Source: Acidobacteriota bacterium (GTDB lineage: Bacteria > Acidobacteriota > Polarisedimenticolia > J045). From it: a stretch of 64,000 bases of DNA. This document shows positions 9,982-19,876 of the stretch, one piece after another. The number at the start of each line of letters is the position of its first letter. Within the stretch, counting starts at the first letter, position 1. Below the pieces are notes generated by a model. It did no database searches and was not told the origin of the DNA. It was given only the letters and a program-made list of their open reading frames with translations. Location of the stretch: the NCBI GenBank assembly GCA_003696075.1, contig RFHH01000119.1, positions 10,873 through 74,872 of the forward strand, in the 5' to 3' direction. The position numbers and the translations under genes were made by a program.

Positions 9982-10995
9982 TCAGGCGGTAACGCCGGCG
10001 GGGAGCGCCCTGAAATGTTCCTCGATCGCGCCGATGAAGTCCTCGGGCCGTTCGAGCGCGGAGATCCGGCGCCGGAGCGCGTCCCCATCCGGCAAGCCCC
10101 GGGCGTAGCGGCCGGTGAAGGTCCTCAGCTTGTGCAGCGCCATCTTCGGCTCGTAGTCGCGGACGATCCACGCGAAGTGCGTCCGGATCAGCTCGAGCCG
10201 CTCCTCGGGCCGGGGCCTGCAGGGAGGCCTTCCGGCCAGGAGGTCGGCCGCCTCCCTGAAAATCCACGGGTTCTCCAGAACGGCACGCCCGATCATGACC
10301 CCGGCGCACCCCGTCTCCCTCAGCATCCGGAGCGCGGCGGCGGGAGAGTCCACGTCTCCGTTACCGATCACCGGTATCGACAGGGCCGCCGCCAGCCGGG
10401 CGATCGCTTCCCAGTCGGCGTGCCCCCGATACATCTGCCGGGCCGTCCGCGCGTGGAGCGTGACGGCGTCGGCCCCTTCGGATTCGCACATGCGGCCGAA
10501 CTCGAGATAGTTCACCGGCGTCGGTCCGGTTCCGATCCCGAGGCGGAACTTGACCGTGAGAGGGATCGTGAGCTCCCGCCGGCAGGCCCGGACGATGCTT
10601 GCCGCACGCTTGACGTCGCGCATCAGCGCCGCTCCCGCGCACCCTTTCAGAATCTTGTTCGCGGGGCAACCCATGTTGATGTCGCAGACATCCGGGCGGA
10701 GGCGTTCCACCACGCGGGCACAGGCCGCCATCTGTTCCGCGTCGCGCCCGTAGATCTGGATCGCGATCGGTCGCTCCTCCGTGGTGAACGTCAGCTTCTC
10801 GAGCTCCTTGCGGATCCCGCGGGCCACCTGCCCCGAGGAGACGAACTCCGCCGACACGAGGCCCACTCCGCCGATCCTTCTCACGAGCAGCCGGAAGTGG
10901 CGGTCGCAGATGCCGGCCATGGGAGCCAGCACGAGCGGCGGCCGCACCGTGAGCCCCCCGATCCGCAGCGCCGGGATCCCTCCACCCGCCGCCAT
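9982..10995 (-). CDS. dusB: tRNA-dihydrouridine synthase
   Basis: LAPMAG, DINMGCP, GAALM, TVKFRLG, TLHART, IGNGDV, GVMIGR. Confidence 0.92.
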   Translation of the reverse strand: MAAGGGIPALRIGGLTVRPPLVLAPMAGICDRHFRLLVRRIGGVGLVSAEFVSSGQVARGIRKELEKLTFTTEERPIAIQIYGRDAEQMAACARVVERLRPDVCDINMGCPANKILKGCAGAALMRDVKRAASIVRACRRELTIPLTVKFRLGIGTGPTPVNYLEFGRMCESEGADAVTLHARTARQMYRGHADWEAIARLAAALSIPVIGNGDVDSPAAALRMLRETGCAGVMIGRAVLENPWIFREAADLLAGRPPCRPRPEERLELIRTHFAWIVRDYEPKMALHKLRTFTGRYARGLPDGDALRRRISALERPEDFIGAIEEHFRALPAGVTA

Positions 10996-11549
10996 CACGT
11001 TCTCCCGGACAGCAGGTACAGACCGACCGCGGCCACGACGAGCGCGTGCCGGATCGCCCCCTCGCGGACGAGATCGGGAAGGGCGCCGGCGGGGCGCCGG
11101 ATCAGCTCGATCCGCTCCCATGGGTCCGGCTCGGCGGGCCCCGCCGGCCGAGCGTCCTCGGCGAGAAAACAGTGACAGCGGTTGGCGAAGATCGCCGGAT
11201 TGGGCTCGATCGTCCCCAGCAACTCGGCTCGTGCGGCTCGGTAGCCCGTTTCCTCTCTCAGCTCGCGCAGGGCCGCCTGCTCCGGCGTCTCCCCGCGATC
11301 GACCATGCCGCCTGGGATCTCGAGCGAGTCGCTCTCCGAGCCGTGGCGGTACTGCCGGACGAGGAGGACCTCCCGTTCGGGGGTGAGCGCGATCACGTTC
11401 ACCCAGTCCACCGCCCGGAGCACCACGAAATCCCGCTCCCGGCCCTCCGGTTCGAGGCGATACCGATCGCGGTGGACGGTGAAGATCCCGTGATCCGCTA
11501 CCTTTCTTCCGCCGAGACGGACCCAGCCGCCGGGAGCCGCCCCACGCAT
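10995..11549 (-). CDS. NUDIX hydrolase (ADP-ribose pyrophosphatase-like)
   Basis: Nudix box GMVDRGETPEQAALRELREETGY; VRQYRH. Confidence 0.92.
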   Translation of the reverse strand: MRGAAPGGWVRLGGRKVADHGIFTVHRDRYRLEPEGRERDFVVLRAVDWVNVIALTPEREVLLVRQYRHGSESDSLEIPGGMVDRGETPEQAALRELREETGYRAARAELLGTIEPNPAIFANRCHCFLAEDARPAGPAEPDPWERIELIRRPAGALPDLVREGAIRHALVVAAVGLYLLSGRT

Positions 11550-12253
11550 CAGCGAAGCCCCGGTTGCGCCAGCCCGAGCACGAGGCGGAACAGGCCGGGG
11601 GCGAGGAGATCGAACAGCCGCCACGCGACGAGGAGTCCGAACAATGCCGCCATCGGCGCGGAGCGCGCCGCCGCCATCAACGCGGCTCCCGCCCTACCCC
11701 CGAGCCCTTCGAGCACCGTGGCGCCATCGAGCGGCGGAAGCGGGATGAGGTTGAACACCCCGAGCATGGCGTTGAGGAGGGCGAGAACGCTCAGGAGCCT
11801 CGCTCCCGCCATCGCGAACGGGCCCCCGACCGCCGGCACGACGATACGTTCGAGCCCCGGCTCGGCCGGCGGCGCTCCCAGCCCCGCGCCCACGAGCGCT
11901 CGGATCGCGACGATGGCTGCGCCGGCGAGCGCGAGGTTGGCGAGCGGCCCCGCGGCGGCCATCGCCGCCGCGCGCCGGGGGTGGCGGCGGGCCCAGCGGG
12001 GGTCGTAGGGCGCGGAAGCCCAGCCGATCATCCAGCCAGCCAGGGCGTAGCACACGATCGGGACGACCAGCATTCCGAACGGCTCCCGCCTCAGGTGCGG
12101 GATCGGATTGAGGGTGACCTGCCCGGCGCGGTAGGCGGTCGGATCGCCGCCGAGGCGCGCCGCCGCCGCATGCGCCGCTTCGTGGCAAGTGGCGGACAGC
12201 AGGAAGGCCACCAGCCACAAGGCCAGACCCGCGACGTCGAAGGGAAGACTCAT
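11549..12253 (-). CDS. Site-2 protease family (M50) membrane metalloprotease
   Basis: HEAAH, AAGPLAN, FNLIPLPPLDG. Confidence 0.92.
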   Translation of the reverse strand: MSLPFDVAGLALWLVAFLLSATCHEAAHAAAARLGGDPTAYRAGQVTLNPIPHLRREPFGMLVVPIVCYALAGWMIGWASAPYDPRWARRHPRRAAAMAAAGPLANLALAGAAIVAIRALVGAGLGAPPAEPGLERIVVPAVGGPFAMAGARLLSVLALLNAMLGVFNLIPLPPLDGATVLEGLGGRAGAALMAAARSAPMAALFGLLVAWRLFDLLAPGLFRLVLGLAQPGLR

Positions 12254-12271
12254 CGGGGACGGCGCAGCCGA

Positions 12272-13135
12272 TCAGTACTCGTAGAAACCGCGGCCCGTCT
12301 TTCTTCCGAGCCACCCGGCGTCGACGTACTTGACGAGAAGCGGGCACGGACGGTACTTGGGATCGCCGAGCCCCTCGTGCAGCACCCGCAGGATGGCCAG
12401 GCAGGTGTCGAGCCCGATGAAGTCGGCAAGGGTCAACGGCCCCATCGGGTGGTTCATGCCGAGCTTCATGACGGTGTCGATCTCCTCGACCCCGGCGACC
12501 CCCTCGTAGAGCGCGTAGATCGCCTCGTTGATCATCGGCATGAGAACGCGGTTCGCCACGAAGCCGGGATAGTCGTGAACCTCCACGGGCGTCTTCCCCA
12601 GCTTCTCCGCCAGATCCCTGGTCAGCGAGAAGGTCTCGTCGCTGGTGGCCAGGCCGCGGATGACCTCGACGAGCTTCATCACCGGCACGGGGTTCATGAA
12701 ATGCATTCCGATGAACCGGTCGGGCCGCTTCGTCGACGAGGCGAGCCGCGTGATCGGAAGCGACGAGGTGTTGCTCGCGAGGACCACCTCGTCCCGCGTG
12801 ATCCGATCGAGTTCGGAGAAAAGCCGCGTCTTGGCCTCGAGATTCTCGACGATCGCCTCGACGACGAAGTCGCTGTCGGCCAGCGGCTCCACACCCACCG
12901 CGGGTGTGATCCGCGCGAGAGTGGCGTCTTTGTCCTCTGCGGCGATCTTCCCCTTCTCGACGGCGCGTGACAGGAACCCACCGATCTTCGCGATCGCCTT
13001 GTCGACGAGGTCCCGCGACACGTCGCTCAAGGTGACCTCGTAGCCCGACTGGGCGAACACGTGGGCGATTCCACTTCCCATCTGTCCGGCGCCGACGACA
13101 CCGATCCGTTTCACTTCGTCGATCTTCATCGTCAC
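12272..13135 (-). CDS. hbd: 3-hydroxybutyryl-CoA dehydrogenase
   Basis: [44 protein letters not shown]. Confidence 0.95.
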   Translation of the reverse strand: MTMKIDEVKRIGVVGAGQMGSGIAHVFAQSGYEVTLSDVSRDLVDKAIAKIGGFLSRAVEKGKIAAEDKDATLARITPAVGVEPLADSDFVVEAIVENLEAKTRLFSELDRITRDEVVLASNTSSLPITRLASSTKRPDRFIGMHFMNPVPVMKLVEVIRGLATSDETFSLTRDLAEKLGKTPVEVHDYPGFVANRVLMPMINEAIYALYEGVAGVEEIDTVMKLGMNHPMGPLTLADFIGLDTCLAILRVLHEGLGDPKYRPCPLLVKYVDAGWLGRKTGRGFYEY

Positions 13136-13144
13136 CCTCCCGCT

Positions 13145-13507
13145 TTATCGCTTGCCGAGGCAGGCCCAGAAGCCTGCGCCGGCGACCGCCAGGTAGATGA
13201 CCGCGGCGCCGAGGGCGGGCCGGAGGCGCTCGCGCGCCGTCGCCGCGGCTCCCCCCGCCAGGGGAGCCAGAACCACCAGCGTCACGGCGCACCAGATCGC
13301 CAGGATCCAGGCCGCCGGCCTCCCGCCGCGCGGAACCAGCACCGTGGCCGCGACCCCGAATGCGGCGACCGCGGCCGCGGAACCCGGTCCGACGTCGCCT
13401 CTCCAGGCGAACCAGAGGCAGGCGAGCGAGCCGGCCGCGGTCAGGAAGGCCAGCGCGCCGCGCACCAGCGACCTGGCCCCGTCCGCGCCGCCGACCGGCT
13501 CGGTCAC
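13145..13507 (-). CDS. Small hypothetical membrane protein (about 4 TM)
   Basis: Hydrophobic ORF that fills the thiolase-hbd gap; GTG start 5 nt after the thiolase stop. Confidence 0.55.
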   Translation of the reverse strand: MTEPVGGADGARSLVRGALAFLTAAGSLACLWFAWRGDVGPGSAAAVAAFGVAATVLVPRGGRPAAWILAIWCAVTLVVLAPLAGGAAATARERLRPALGAAVIYLAVAGAGFWACLGKR

Positions 13508-13511
13508 GGCT

Positions 13512-14690
13512 TCACCGCTCGATGGCGACGGCCACCGCGTTGCCCCCGCCGAGGCAAAGGGAGACGACCGCACGGTGCGCGTCCCGGTCGCGCATCGCGT
13601 ACAGGGCCGTGGTCAGGCAGCGCGCTCCCGAAGCGCCGATCGGGTGTCCCAGGGCGACGCCGCCGCCGTGGACGTTGTGCTTTTCGCGCGGGATCCCGAG
13701 GACCTTTCCGAGCGCCACCTGCTGGACCGCAAAGGCCTCGTTGATCTCGAACAGATCCACCTCGTCCATCGACCACCCGGCCTTGTCGAGCACCGCCCGA
13801 ATGGCCGGCTCCGGCGTCATGAGGACCCATTCCGGCGCGAGACCCGACGTCACCGAGGCCACCACGCGGCCGAGCACCGGCAGGCCGCGCTCGCGCGCCA
13901 CGCCCTCGCGCGCGACGACCACCGCCGCCGCACCGTCGTTCACGCCGGGCGAGTTGCCGGCCGTCACCCGCCCGTCCTTGCGGAAGGCCGGCTTCAGCCG
14001 GGCGAGCTTCTCCAGGCTCGTGTCGCGCCGCGGCCCCTCGTCGGTGTCCACGAGCTTCGTCTCACCCTTTCGCTGGGGAACCTCGACCGGAACGATCTCG
14101 TCGCGGAACTTTCCGGCGTCGATCGCGGCGATGGCGCGCTCGTGGCTCATCAAGGCCCAGGCGTCCATCTCCTCGCGGCTGACCTCGTACCGGTCCGCGA
14201 CCATCTCCGCCGTCTCGCCCATGTGCACGTCGTTATAGACGTCCCACAGCCCGTCGTGGATCATCGAATCCACGAGCTGGGCGTGCCCCATACGCAGCCC
14301 GGTCCGGGCCTGCTGGACGAGATAGGGGCAGTTGGACATCGACTCCATGCCCCCGGCCACGATGATGTCGGCGTCCCCCGCGCGGATCGCCTGATCGGCG
14401 AGCATCACCGCCTTCAGCGACGATCCGCAGACCTTGTTGACGGTGAACGCCCCGACGCTCTCCGGGACGCCCCCCCAGATCGCCGCCTGGCGCGCCGGAT
14501 TCTGGCCCAGGCCGGCCTGGACGACGTTGCCCATGATGACCTCGTCCACGTCGCCGGGGGCGATGCCGGCGCGGCTCACCGCCTCCCGGACCACCAGCGC
14601 ACCGAGGCGCGTGGCCGGCAGCGGCGACAGGGCGCCGAGGAACCGTCCGATCGGAGTTCGGCAGGCACTCACAATGACCGTCTTTTCCAT
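13512..14690 (-). CDS. Acetyl-CoA C-acetyltransferase (thiolase)
   Basis: [44 protein letters not shown]. Confidence 0.96.
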   Translation of the reverse strand: MEKTVIVSACRTPIGRFLGALSPLPATRLGALVVREAVSRAGIAPGDVDEVIMGNVVQAGLGQNPARQAAIWGGVPESVGAFTVNKVCGSSLKAVMLADQAIRAGDADIIVAGGMESMSNCPYLVQQARTGLRMGHAQLVDSMIHDGLWDVYNDVHMGETAEMVADRYEVSREEMDAWALMSHERAIAAIDAGKFRDEIVPVEVPQRKGETKLVDTDEGPRRDTSLEKLARLKPAFRKDGRVTAGNSPGVNDGAAAVVVAREGVARERGLPVLGRVVASVTSGLAPEWVLMTPEPAIRAVLDKAGWSMDEVDLFEINEAFAVQQVALGKVLGIPREKHNVHGGGVALGHPIGASGARCLTTALYAMRDRDAHRAVVSLCLGGGNAVAVAIER

Positions 14691-14846
14691 GGGTGACCTC
14701 GTTCCCGGTCCGGAGGCGGGACGCGACCGGGTCGACTGGAGACGCGGCAGCGCCGCGTGGGGCGGAGTATACCCGCCCCCCCGCCGGCGTCCCACACCGG
14801 CGCAGCCGTCCCCTCCCATCGCCGCGGGGAGCGGGACGCCGCCGGG

Positions 14847-16763
14847 CTAGTCCTTCCGTGCCAGTTTCCGTGTCGCTTCGGTGTCGCCCGGATGGAGTTC
14901 GAGCACCCGCCTCCAAGCCTCGTCGGCCCGCCCGGCGAAGCCCGCGTCCTCCGCGATCCGCGCCAGCTCGCGCCACGCCGCGGTCGAGCGCGGGCTCCGC
15001 TCGAGCCAATGCTCGAGCAGGGCGAGCGCCTCCTCCGTCCGGCCGGCCAGGTGCAGGACCCGGGCCCGCATCGCGATCGAGGCGGCGCTCGGCGGTACGA
15101 GGGTGTCGTGCTTTTCGTAGGCTCGCAGCGCGAGGTCGTACTCGCCGCGGCGCCGGTGGACCCCCGCCAGTCGCCAGAGCACCTCGGCGCTCCTGCGGGG
15201 ATCGCCCTTCGTCAGCTCCAGTGCCTGCGAGAGGACCCGTTCCGCCGGCCCCAGGAGCCCCATCGCCACCCAGGCGTCGGCGAGCCGGCACCGGGCGGCG
15301 AGATTGCCGGGATCCCTGGCGATCAGCTCACGCAGGCGCTTCTCGGCGGCGCGGTACCGGCCCTGCCCGATCTCGAAGGAGGCGATGTGGAGCTGCTGCT
15401 GGACGCGGATCATCCGCTTCGGATCGGCGAGCCCCTGGGCGGGACGCGCCGTGCCGGGTGCACCTCCCTGGAAGTATCCGAGGCTCTGGAGTCGGCCGAG
15501 CTCGGCGTCGTCCAGGGCGCGTGGACGGTCGGGCGCGATCCGGGCGAAGGCGCGCTCCAGCTGCTCGGACAGCCAACCCGCGGTCTTCCTGGCCGTCTCG
15601 AATCTGTTCTTCGTCTCTCCGGGATCGCGCCGGAGGTCGTACAGCTCGGGCTCGGGGGCGGCGATGAATTTCCACTCCCCGGTCCGCACCGCGCGCAGGG
15701 GAGCCCAGCCGTACTCGATCGATCCCAGCCGGCTCTCGCTGAAGGCGTACTCCCTCGCCGGATTCCCGCCCTGCGCGAGACGCCAGAAGCTCTGGCCGTC
15801 GAGTCCCTCCGGCAATGCAAGGCCGAGCGCTTCGAGGACGGTCGGGACCACGTCCGACAGCGAGACGACCGGAGCGATCCGGCGGCCCGCCGGCAGCCCC
15901 GGATAGCGCAGGATCAGCGGAACCCGGATCGTCTCGTCGTACAGGAACAGGCCGTGGGTCAGCTCGCCGTGCTGCATCAGCCCTTCGCCATGATCCGCGG
16001 TGACGACGAGGAGCGTCCGGTCGAGCCAGCCGTGCTCCTCGAGGGCCCGCACCAGGCGATCGAGCTGATCGTCGACGTAGGCGATCTCGCCTTGATAGGC
16101 GACGAATCCTTCCGCCCCGCCGGTCCCGCCGGCGTCCTCGAGGTAGCGCGGCGGCGGAGAGTACGGGGCGTGCGGATCGTAGTAGTGCACGAAGAGGAAG
16201 CGCCGCCGGCCGCCTCCGGGTCGGGATCCGATCCAGGCGACGGCCGCGTCGGTCACCGATTCCGCGGTGCGGCTCGGCTCTTCGTAACCCGCCGATTCCA
16301 GATCGGGGATCGCATCGTCGAACAGGTCGAAGCCTTGTTCGATCCCCGAGCCGGAGGCGAGCGGCGCTCCGGCGACGAACGCCGCCGTCTCGAATCCCTC
16401 CGAGCGGAGCCTCTCCGCCAGCGTTTCGAAACGGTCCTCCAGCCGGTACAGTCCGTTGTGCCAGATTCCGAGGTGCCACGGTTCGAGACCGGTCAGGAGC
16501 GTCGCGTGCGACGGCAGCGTGATCGGTGCCGGGGCCACCGCCTGTTCCGCCAGCACCCCCTCCCGCGCCAGACGGTCGAACGTCTCGGTGTGCGCCGAGG
16601 CCGCTCCATAGCAACCGAGGTGATCGGCCCTGAGCGTGTCCACACTGACGATGACCACGTGCTGGGCCGGCGGAAGCTCGGGGTAGGGATGCCCCCCGCA
16701 CGAAGCCGCCGCGAGCGCCAGCCCGGCGGCGGAAAGGGGAGCCAAACCGCGGGCGGGCCTCAT
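14847..16763 (-). CDS. Sulfatase-like (alkaline phosphatase superfamily) lipoprotein with C-terminal TPRs
   Basis: Lipobox-like LAAASC, SVDTLRAD, PITLPSHATLLTG, HYYDPHAPY, TADHGE, helical TPR-like C-terminus. Confidence 0.88.
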   Translation of the reverse strand: MRPARGLAPLSAAGLALAAASCGGHPYPELPPAQHVVIVSVDTLRADHLGCYGAASAHTETFDRLAREGVLAEQAVAPAPITLPSHATLLTGLEPWHLGIWHNGLYRLEDRFETLAERLRSEGFETAAFVAGAPLASGSGIEQGFDLFDDAIPDLESAGYEEPSRTAESVTDAAVAWIGSRPGGGRRRFLFVHYYDPHAPYSPPPRYLEDAGGTGGAEGFVAYQGEIAYVDDQLDRLVRALEEHGWLDRTLLVVTADHGEGLMQHGELTHGLFLYDETIRVPLILRYPGLPAGRRIAPVVSLSDVVPTVLEALGLALPEGLDGQSFWRLAQGGNPAREYAFSESRLGSIEYGWAPLRAVRTGEWKFIAAPEPELYDLRRDPGETKNRFETARKTAGWLSEQLERAFARIAPDRPRALDDAELGRLQSLGYFQGGAPGTARPAQGLADPKRMIRVQQQLHIASFEIGQGRYRAAEKRLRELIARDPGNLAARCRLADAWVAMGLLGPAERVLSQALELTKGDPRRSAEVLWRLAGVHRRRGEYDLALRAYEKHDTLVPPSAASIAMRARVLHLAGRTEEALALLEHWLERSPRSTAAWRELARIAEDAGFAGRADEAWRRVLELHPGDTEATRKLARKD

Positions 16764-17491
16764 GCGTCGAAGAACGCTGCGATGCGGGCCTGGATGCTCT
16801 CCGCCGCCCGCCGAGGGTCGGGGGCCTCGCGGATGGGGCGCCCCACCACGATGTGGTCGGCGCCCGCTGCGAAGGCCTTCTCGACCGTGACCACCCGCTT
16901 CTGGTCGTCCACGACGCGGTTGTCCACCGGCCGGATGCCGGGGCAGACGATCAGAAGGCGGTTTCCCAGGTGCTCGCGCAGGCGGGCCGCCTCGATGCCG
17001 GAGGAGACGACGCCGTCGCAACCCAGCTCCAGGGCGCGGCGTGCCCGGGAGAGGACCAGCTCCTCGACGTCGCAGTGGAAACCGAGGTCGCGGAGATCAC
17101 CGCGGTCGAGACTGGTGAGGACGGTCACCGCGAGGATCTTGAGGGACCCGCGGGGAACCGATGCCGCCGCCTCGAGCATGGCGTCGTTGCCGTGGACGGT
17201 CGTCAGGCTGACGCCGGTGTCGGTCAGCCGCGAGACCGCGCGCCGGACCGTCTCCGGCACGTCGAAGAGCTTGAGATCGGCGAACACCTTTTTCCCCCGG
17301 CGCACGAGCCAGTCCACGAGCTCCAGGTATCCGCCCGCCAGGAAGAGTTCGAGACCGAGCTTGTAGAAAACGACGCTGTCGCCGAGCCGTTCCACCAGGC
17401 GGCGAGCCGCATCGGCATCCGGCACGTCGAGCGCGAAGATCAACCGCTCGCGCAGCGGGATGTCCGGGCCGCCTTCCCTCGCTTCGCCCAT
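16760..17491 (-). CDS. pyrF: Orotidine 5'-phosphate decarboxylase
   Basis: LIFALD, DLKLFDVPETV, VTVLTS, CPGIRP, DDQKRV, VVGRPI. Confidence 0.95.
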   Translation of the reverse strand: MGEAREGGPDIPLRERLIFALDVPDADAARRLVERLGDSVVFYKLGLELFLAGGYLELVDWLVRRGKKVFADLKLFDVPETVRRAVSRLTDTGVSLTTVHGNDAMLEAAASVPRGSLKILAVTVLTSLDRGDLRDLGFHCDVEELVLSRARRALELGCDGVVSSGIEAARLREHLGNRLLIVCPGIRPVDNRVVDDQKRVVTVEKAFAAGADHIVVGRPIREAPDPRRAAESIQARIAAFFDA

Positions 17492-17571
17492 CTTGCCGCT
17501 CCCCACCCGCACCACGGGCCGCGGCGGATTCTATCCTCCGCCGGGCGGGCGCGCCGGGAAAGACCCGCGCG

Positions 17572-17820
17572 TCACGGCACCAGGCGGCGTCCCGAGGCGT
17601 CCCGGACGATCAGGGCTCCCGTGGGGCAGGAAGCGCAGGCGGCGAGCAGGCGTTCGGGATCGATCGTCCCCGGCGCCCCGGGACGGAACGTGACGAAGCC
17701 CTCCGCGTCGAGCTCGAACAGCTCCGGGGCGATGACGATGCAGGTCTCGGCCGCCACGCACCGTTCCCGCTCGATCGTCACGGTCAACTCACCGATCCGG
17801 CGCACCCGATCATCCGACAT
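17572..17820 (-). CDS. Ferredoxin (likely single 3Fe-4S cluster)
   Basis: CVAAETC...APELF...AACASCPTGAL; RBS GGAGG. Confidence 0.85.
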   Translation of the reverse strand: MSDDRVRRIGELTVTIERERCVAAETCIVIAPELFELDAEGFVTFRPGAPGTIDPERLLAACASCPTGALIVRDASGRRLVP

Positions 17821-19237
17821 GCGCGCCTCCCCGTCTCCGCTCGCGCAGCGGCACCGACGATTCGGCCTGCGGGCGGGCAGCGGACCGCTCCCCGAGGGGC
17901 TCCGCTCAGCAGTACCACGGCTCCTCGAGGTACGGGACCTTCGCCCGCCGCGGCGCTTCGGTGTGCTCCCCCGCGGCCGCGACGGCCCCCTCGGCGAGCC
18001 GGACGAACCGCTCGAAGACGGCCCCTGGAGAAACGCCTGCCGCCGCGGCTTCGCGCGCGATCGCCGCGGCGGCCCGTTGCATCTCGTCGACGTCCGGGTC
18101 CGGGTGGCGCCAGGGATGGACGAGGGCCTGAGGATCGAACGGGCCGCTGATCCGCCGGATCTCGGGAAGCTCGAGCAACCGGGAGCGCCGCGTGATCAAC
18201 AACCGCAGGGACAACTGCACCGGGGGCACATCGTCCACCAGCTTCAGCTCGGCGAGGCGAGCGAGGAAGGCCGCGTATCCGGAGCGCGTCGTCCACGGAT
18301 GGAAGGGGATGAACGTCGGCTTCACTCCGAGACCGGCCGCGCGCAGCAGACCCACGGCGGCGACCGCTTCCGATCCCGTGTGCCCCTTCTCCAGCCGGGC
18401 GAGCACCGCGTCGTCGAACGACTCCACCGCGGTGGTCACGAACAGGCAGCCCGTCCGCTTCAGGACGTCCAGGTGCCGGCGGTACCGTAGAAGGTGCTCG
18501 ACCTTGATCGTGACGTCATACGACAGGCGCGGGTGGCGCCTGTGCATCTCTTCCACGATCCGCAGCGAGTGCGTGGGGGCGTTGAAGAAATCGGGATCGG
18601 CGAACGTCACGTGCCCGGCACCCGCTTCGACCAGGTTGTCCACATCCGCGAGCACGACCTCGCGCTGCACGATCCGGAGCGTTCCGCCGTAGACGGGGAC
18701 CACCGGGCAATGACGGCAGCGGTGAAGACATCCGCGGCTCGTCTGGGTGGCGCCGGCCACGCGTCTCGTGCCGTCCGGCATCACCAGGTGCGCGTACCCG
18801 TCGAGCGCGGGTAGACCCTTCCGCAGCGGGATCAGGAAGCGCTGCCGGTCGAGCACGGTGCGAACGCCCCCTTCCGCCTCCGGCCGCATCTGGTCGGCCA
18901 GCACCGCCTCGAATTCGCCGCCGGTGGCGGCGTCGGCCCCGAGTTCGAGCAGCGATTCGCCGTTGAGCGCCGCGTACAGCCCGAAGCAGCAGAGACGCGC
19001 TCCCGGGGCGGCCCGGCGGATCGCGGGGAGAAACCGCGCCGCCAGGCGCGCCGCGGTGTGCATGGGCAAGTAGAGGGCGACGAGATCGGCCCCCTCGAAC
19101 GCGATGGGATCGAACGGCTCGACCGCCAGATCGACGCAGCGGACGTCCGCCCCCGCGCGGGCCAGCCAGGCGGCCGCCGACGCGACGCCGAACGGCTGCC
19201 GACCGAGGTCGTAGGTCGAGACGAGGACGGCCTTCAT
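17810..19237 (-). CDS. CUAEP-tail radical SAM selenoprotein (Sec at codon 444, TGA 17906-17908)
   Basis: B12-binding-like N-terminus and CxxxCxxC (CLHRCRHC). The frame reads TGG TAC TGC TGA GCG GAG CCC = W-Y-C-U-A-E-P and stays open to TGA at 17810-17812. Confidence 0.88.
17875..17892 (-). promoter_or_regulatory. Putative bacterial SECIS hairpin (radical SAM)
   Basis: GGG-AGCG-[GUC]-CGCU-(G)-CCC at +14..+31 after the in-frame UGA. Confidence 0.6.
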
Positions 19238-19251
19238 CCGCCGTCGGGCGC

Positions 19252-19845
19252 TCAGAAGGGGGAGGGGCCGCCGCCCTTGGCCGGCTGGTAGTAGGGGTTC
19301 TTCCCGCCCGCGTGATCCGTGGTGTCGATCACCTCCGTGATCTCCGGAACCGCTTGTCGGATCATCGCCTCGATGCCCTGTTTCAGCGTGACGCTGGCCA
19401 TCCCGCAGCCCTGGCAGCCTCCCTCGAGCCGGACGTAGGCCTTCCCCTCGCGCACGTCGAGCAGGGAGACGCGGCCCCCGTGCGAGGCCACCGCCGGGTT
19501 CACATGGCGGTCGATCACCTCCTGGACGCGGGCGGCCAGCGGGTCGTCCCACACCGGATTCGGGTTGTCGATGCGGAAACCGGCCCGTCCCGGGGCGTCG
19601 ACGTAGTCGAAGGTGGCGCCTTCCAGCTTCTCGGCGCTTTGCGGATCGACGAAGACCTTGAACGGGCCGGCATCGATGACCTTGTCGTCCTCGCGCCGAT
19701 CGGTCTCCTCGACCAGGCCGAATTCGTACTGGAACCCGCCCGGGCCGCGGCCGCGGATGGCGATGCGGAGCGCGAGACCCGGCTCGCCCTCGGCCTCGAT
19801 GTACTCACAGACTTTGCGGCGCGCGAGGTCGGTGATCTTCAGCAT
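19252..19845 (-). CDS. nfuA: Fe-S cluster carrier NfuA
   Basis: Degenerate A-type carrier N-domain (LRIAIRGRGPGGFQY) plus Nfu domain NPAVASHGG...GGCQGCG; ends DHAGGKNPYY. Confidence 0.9.
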   Translation of the reverse strand: MLKITDLARRKVCEYIEAEGEPGLALRIAIRGRGPGGFQYEFGLVEETDRREDDKVIDAGPFKVFVDPQSAEKLEGATFDYVDAPGRAGFRIDNPNPVWDDPLAARVQEVIDRHVNPAVASHGGRVSLLDVREGKAYVRLEGGCQGCGMASVTLKQGIEAMIRQAVPEITEVIDTTDHAGGKNPYYQPAKGGGPSPF

Positions 19846-19876
19846 GGGATCCTTGTCCGGGAACGGCGAGCGGTGA

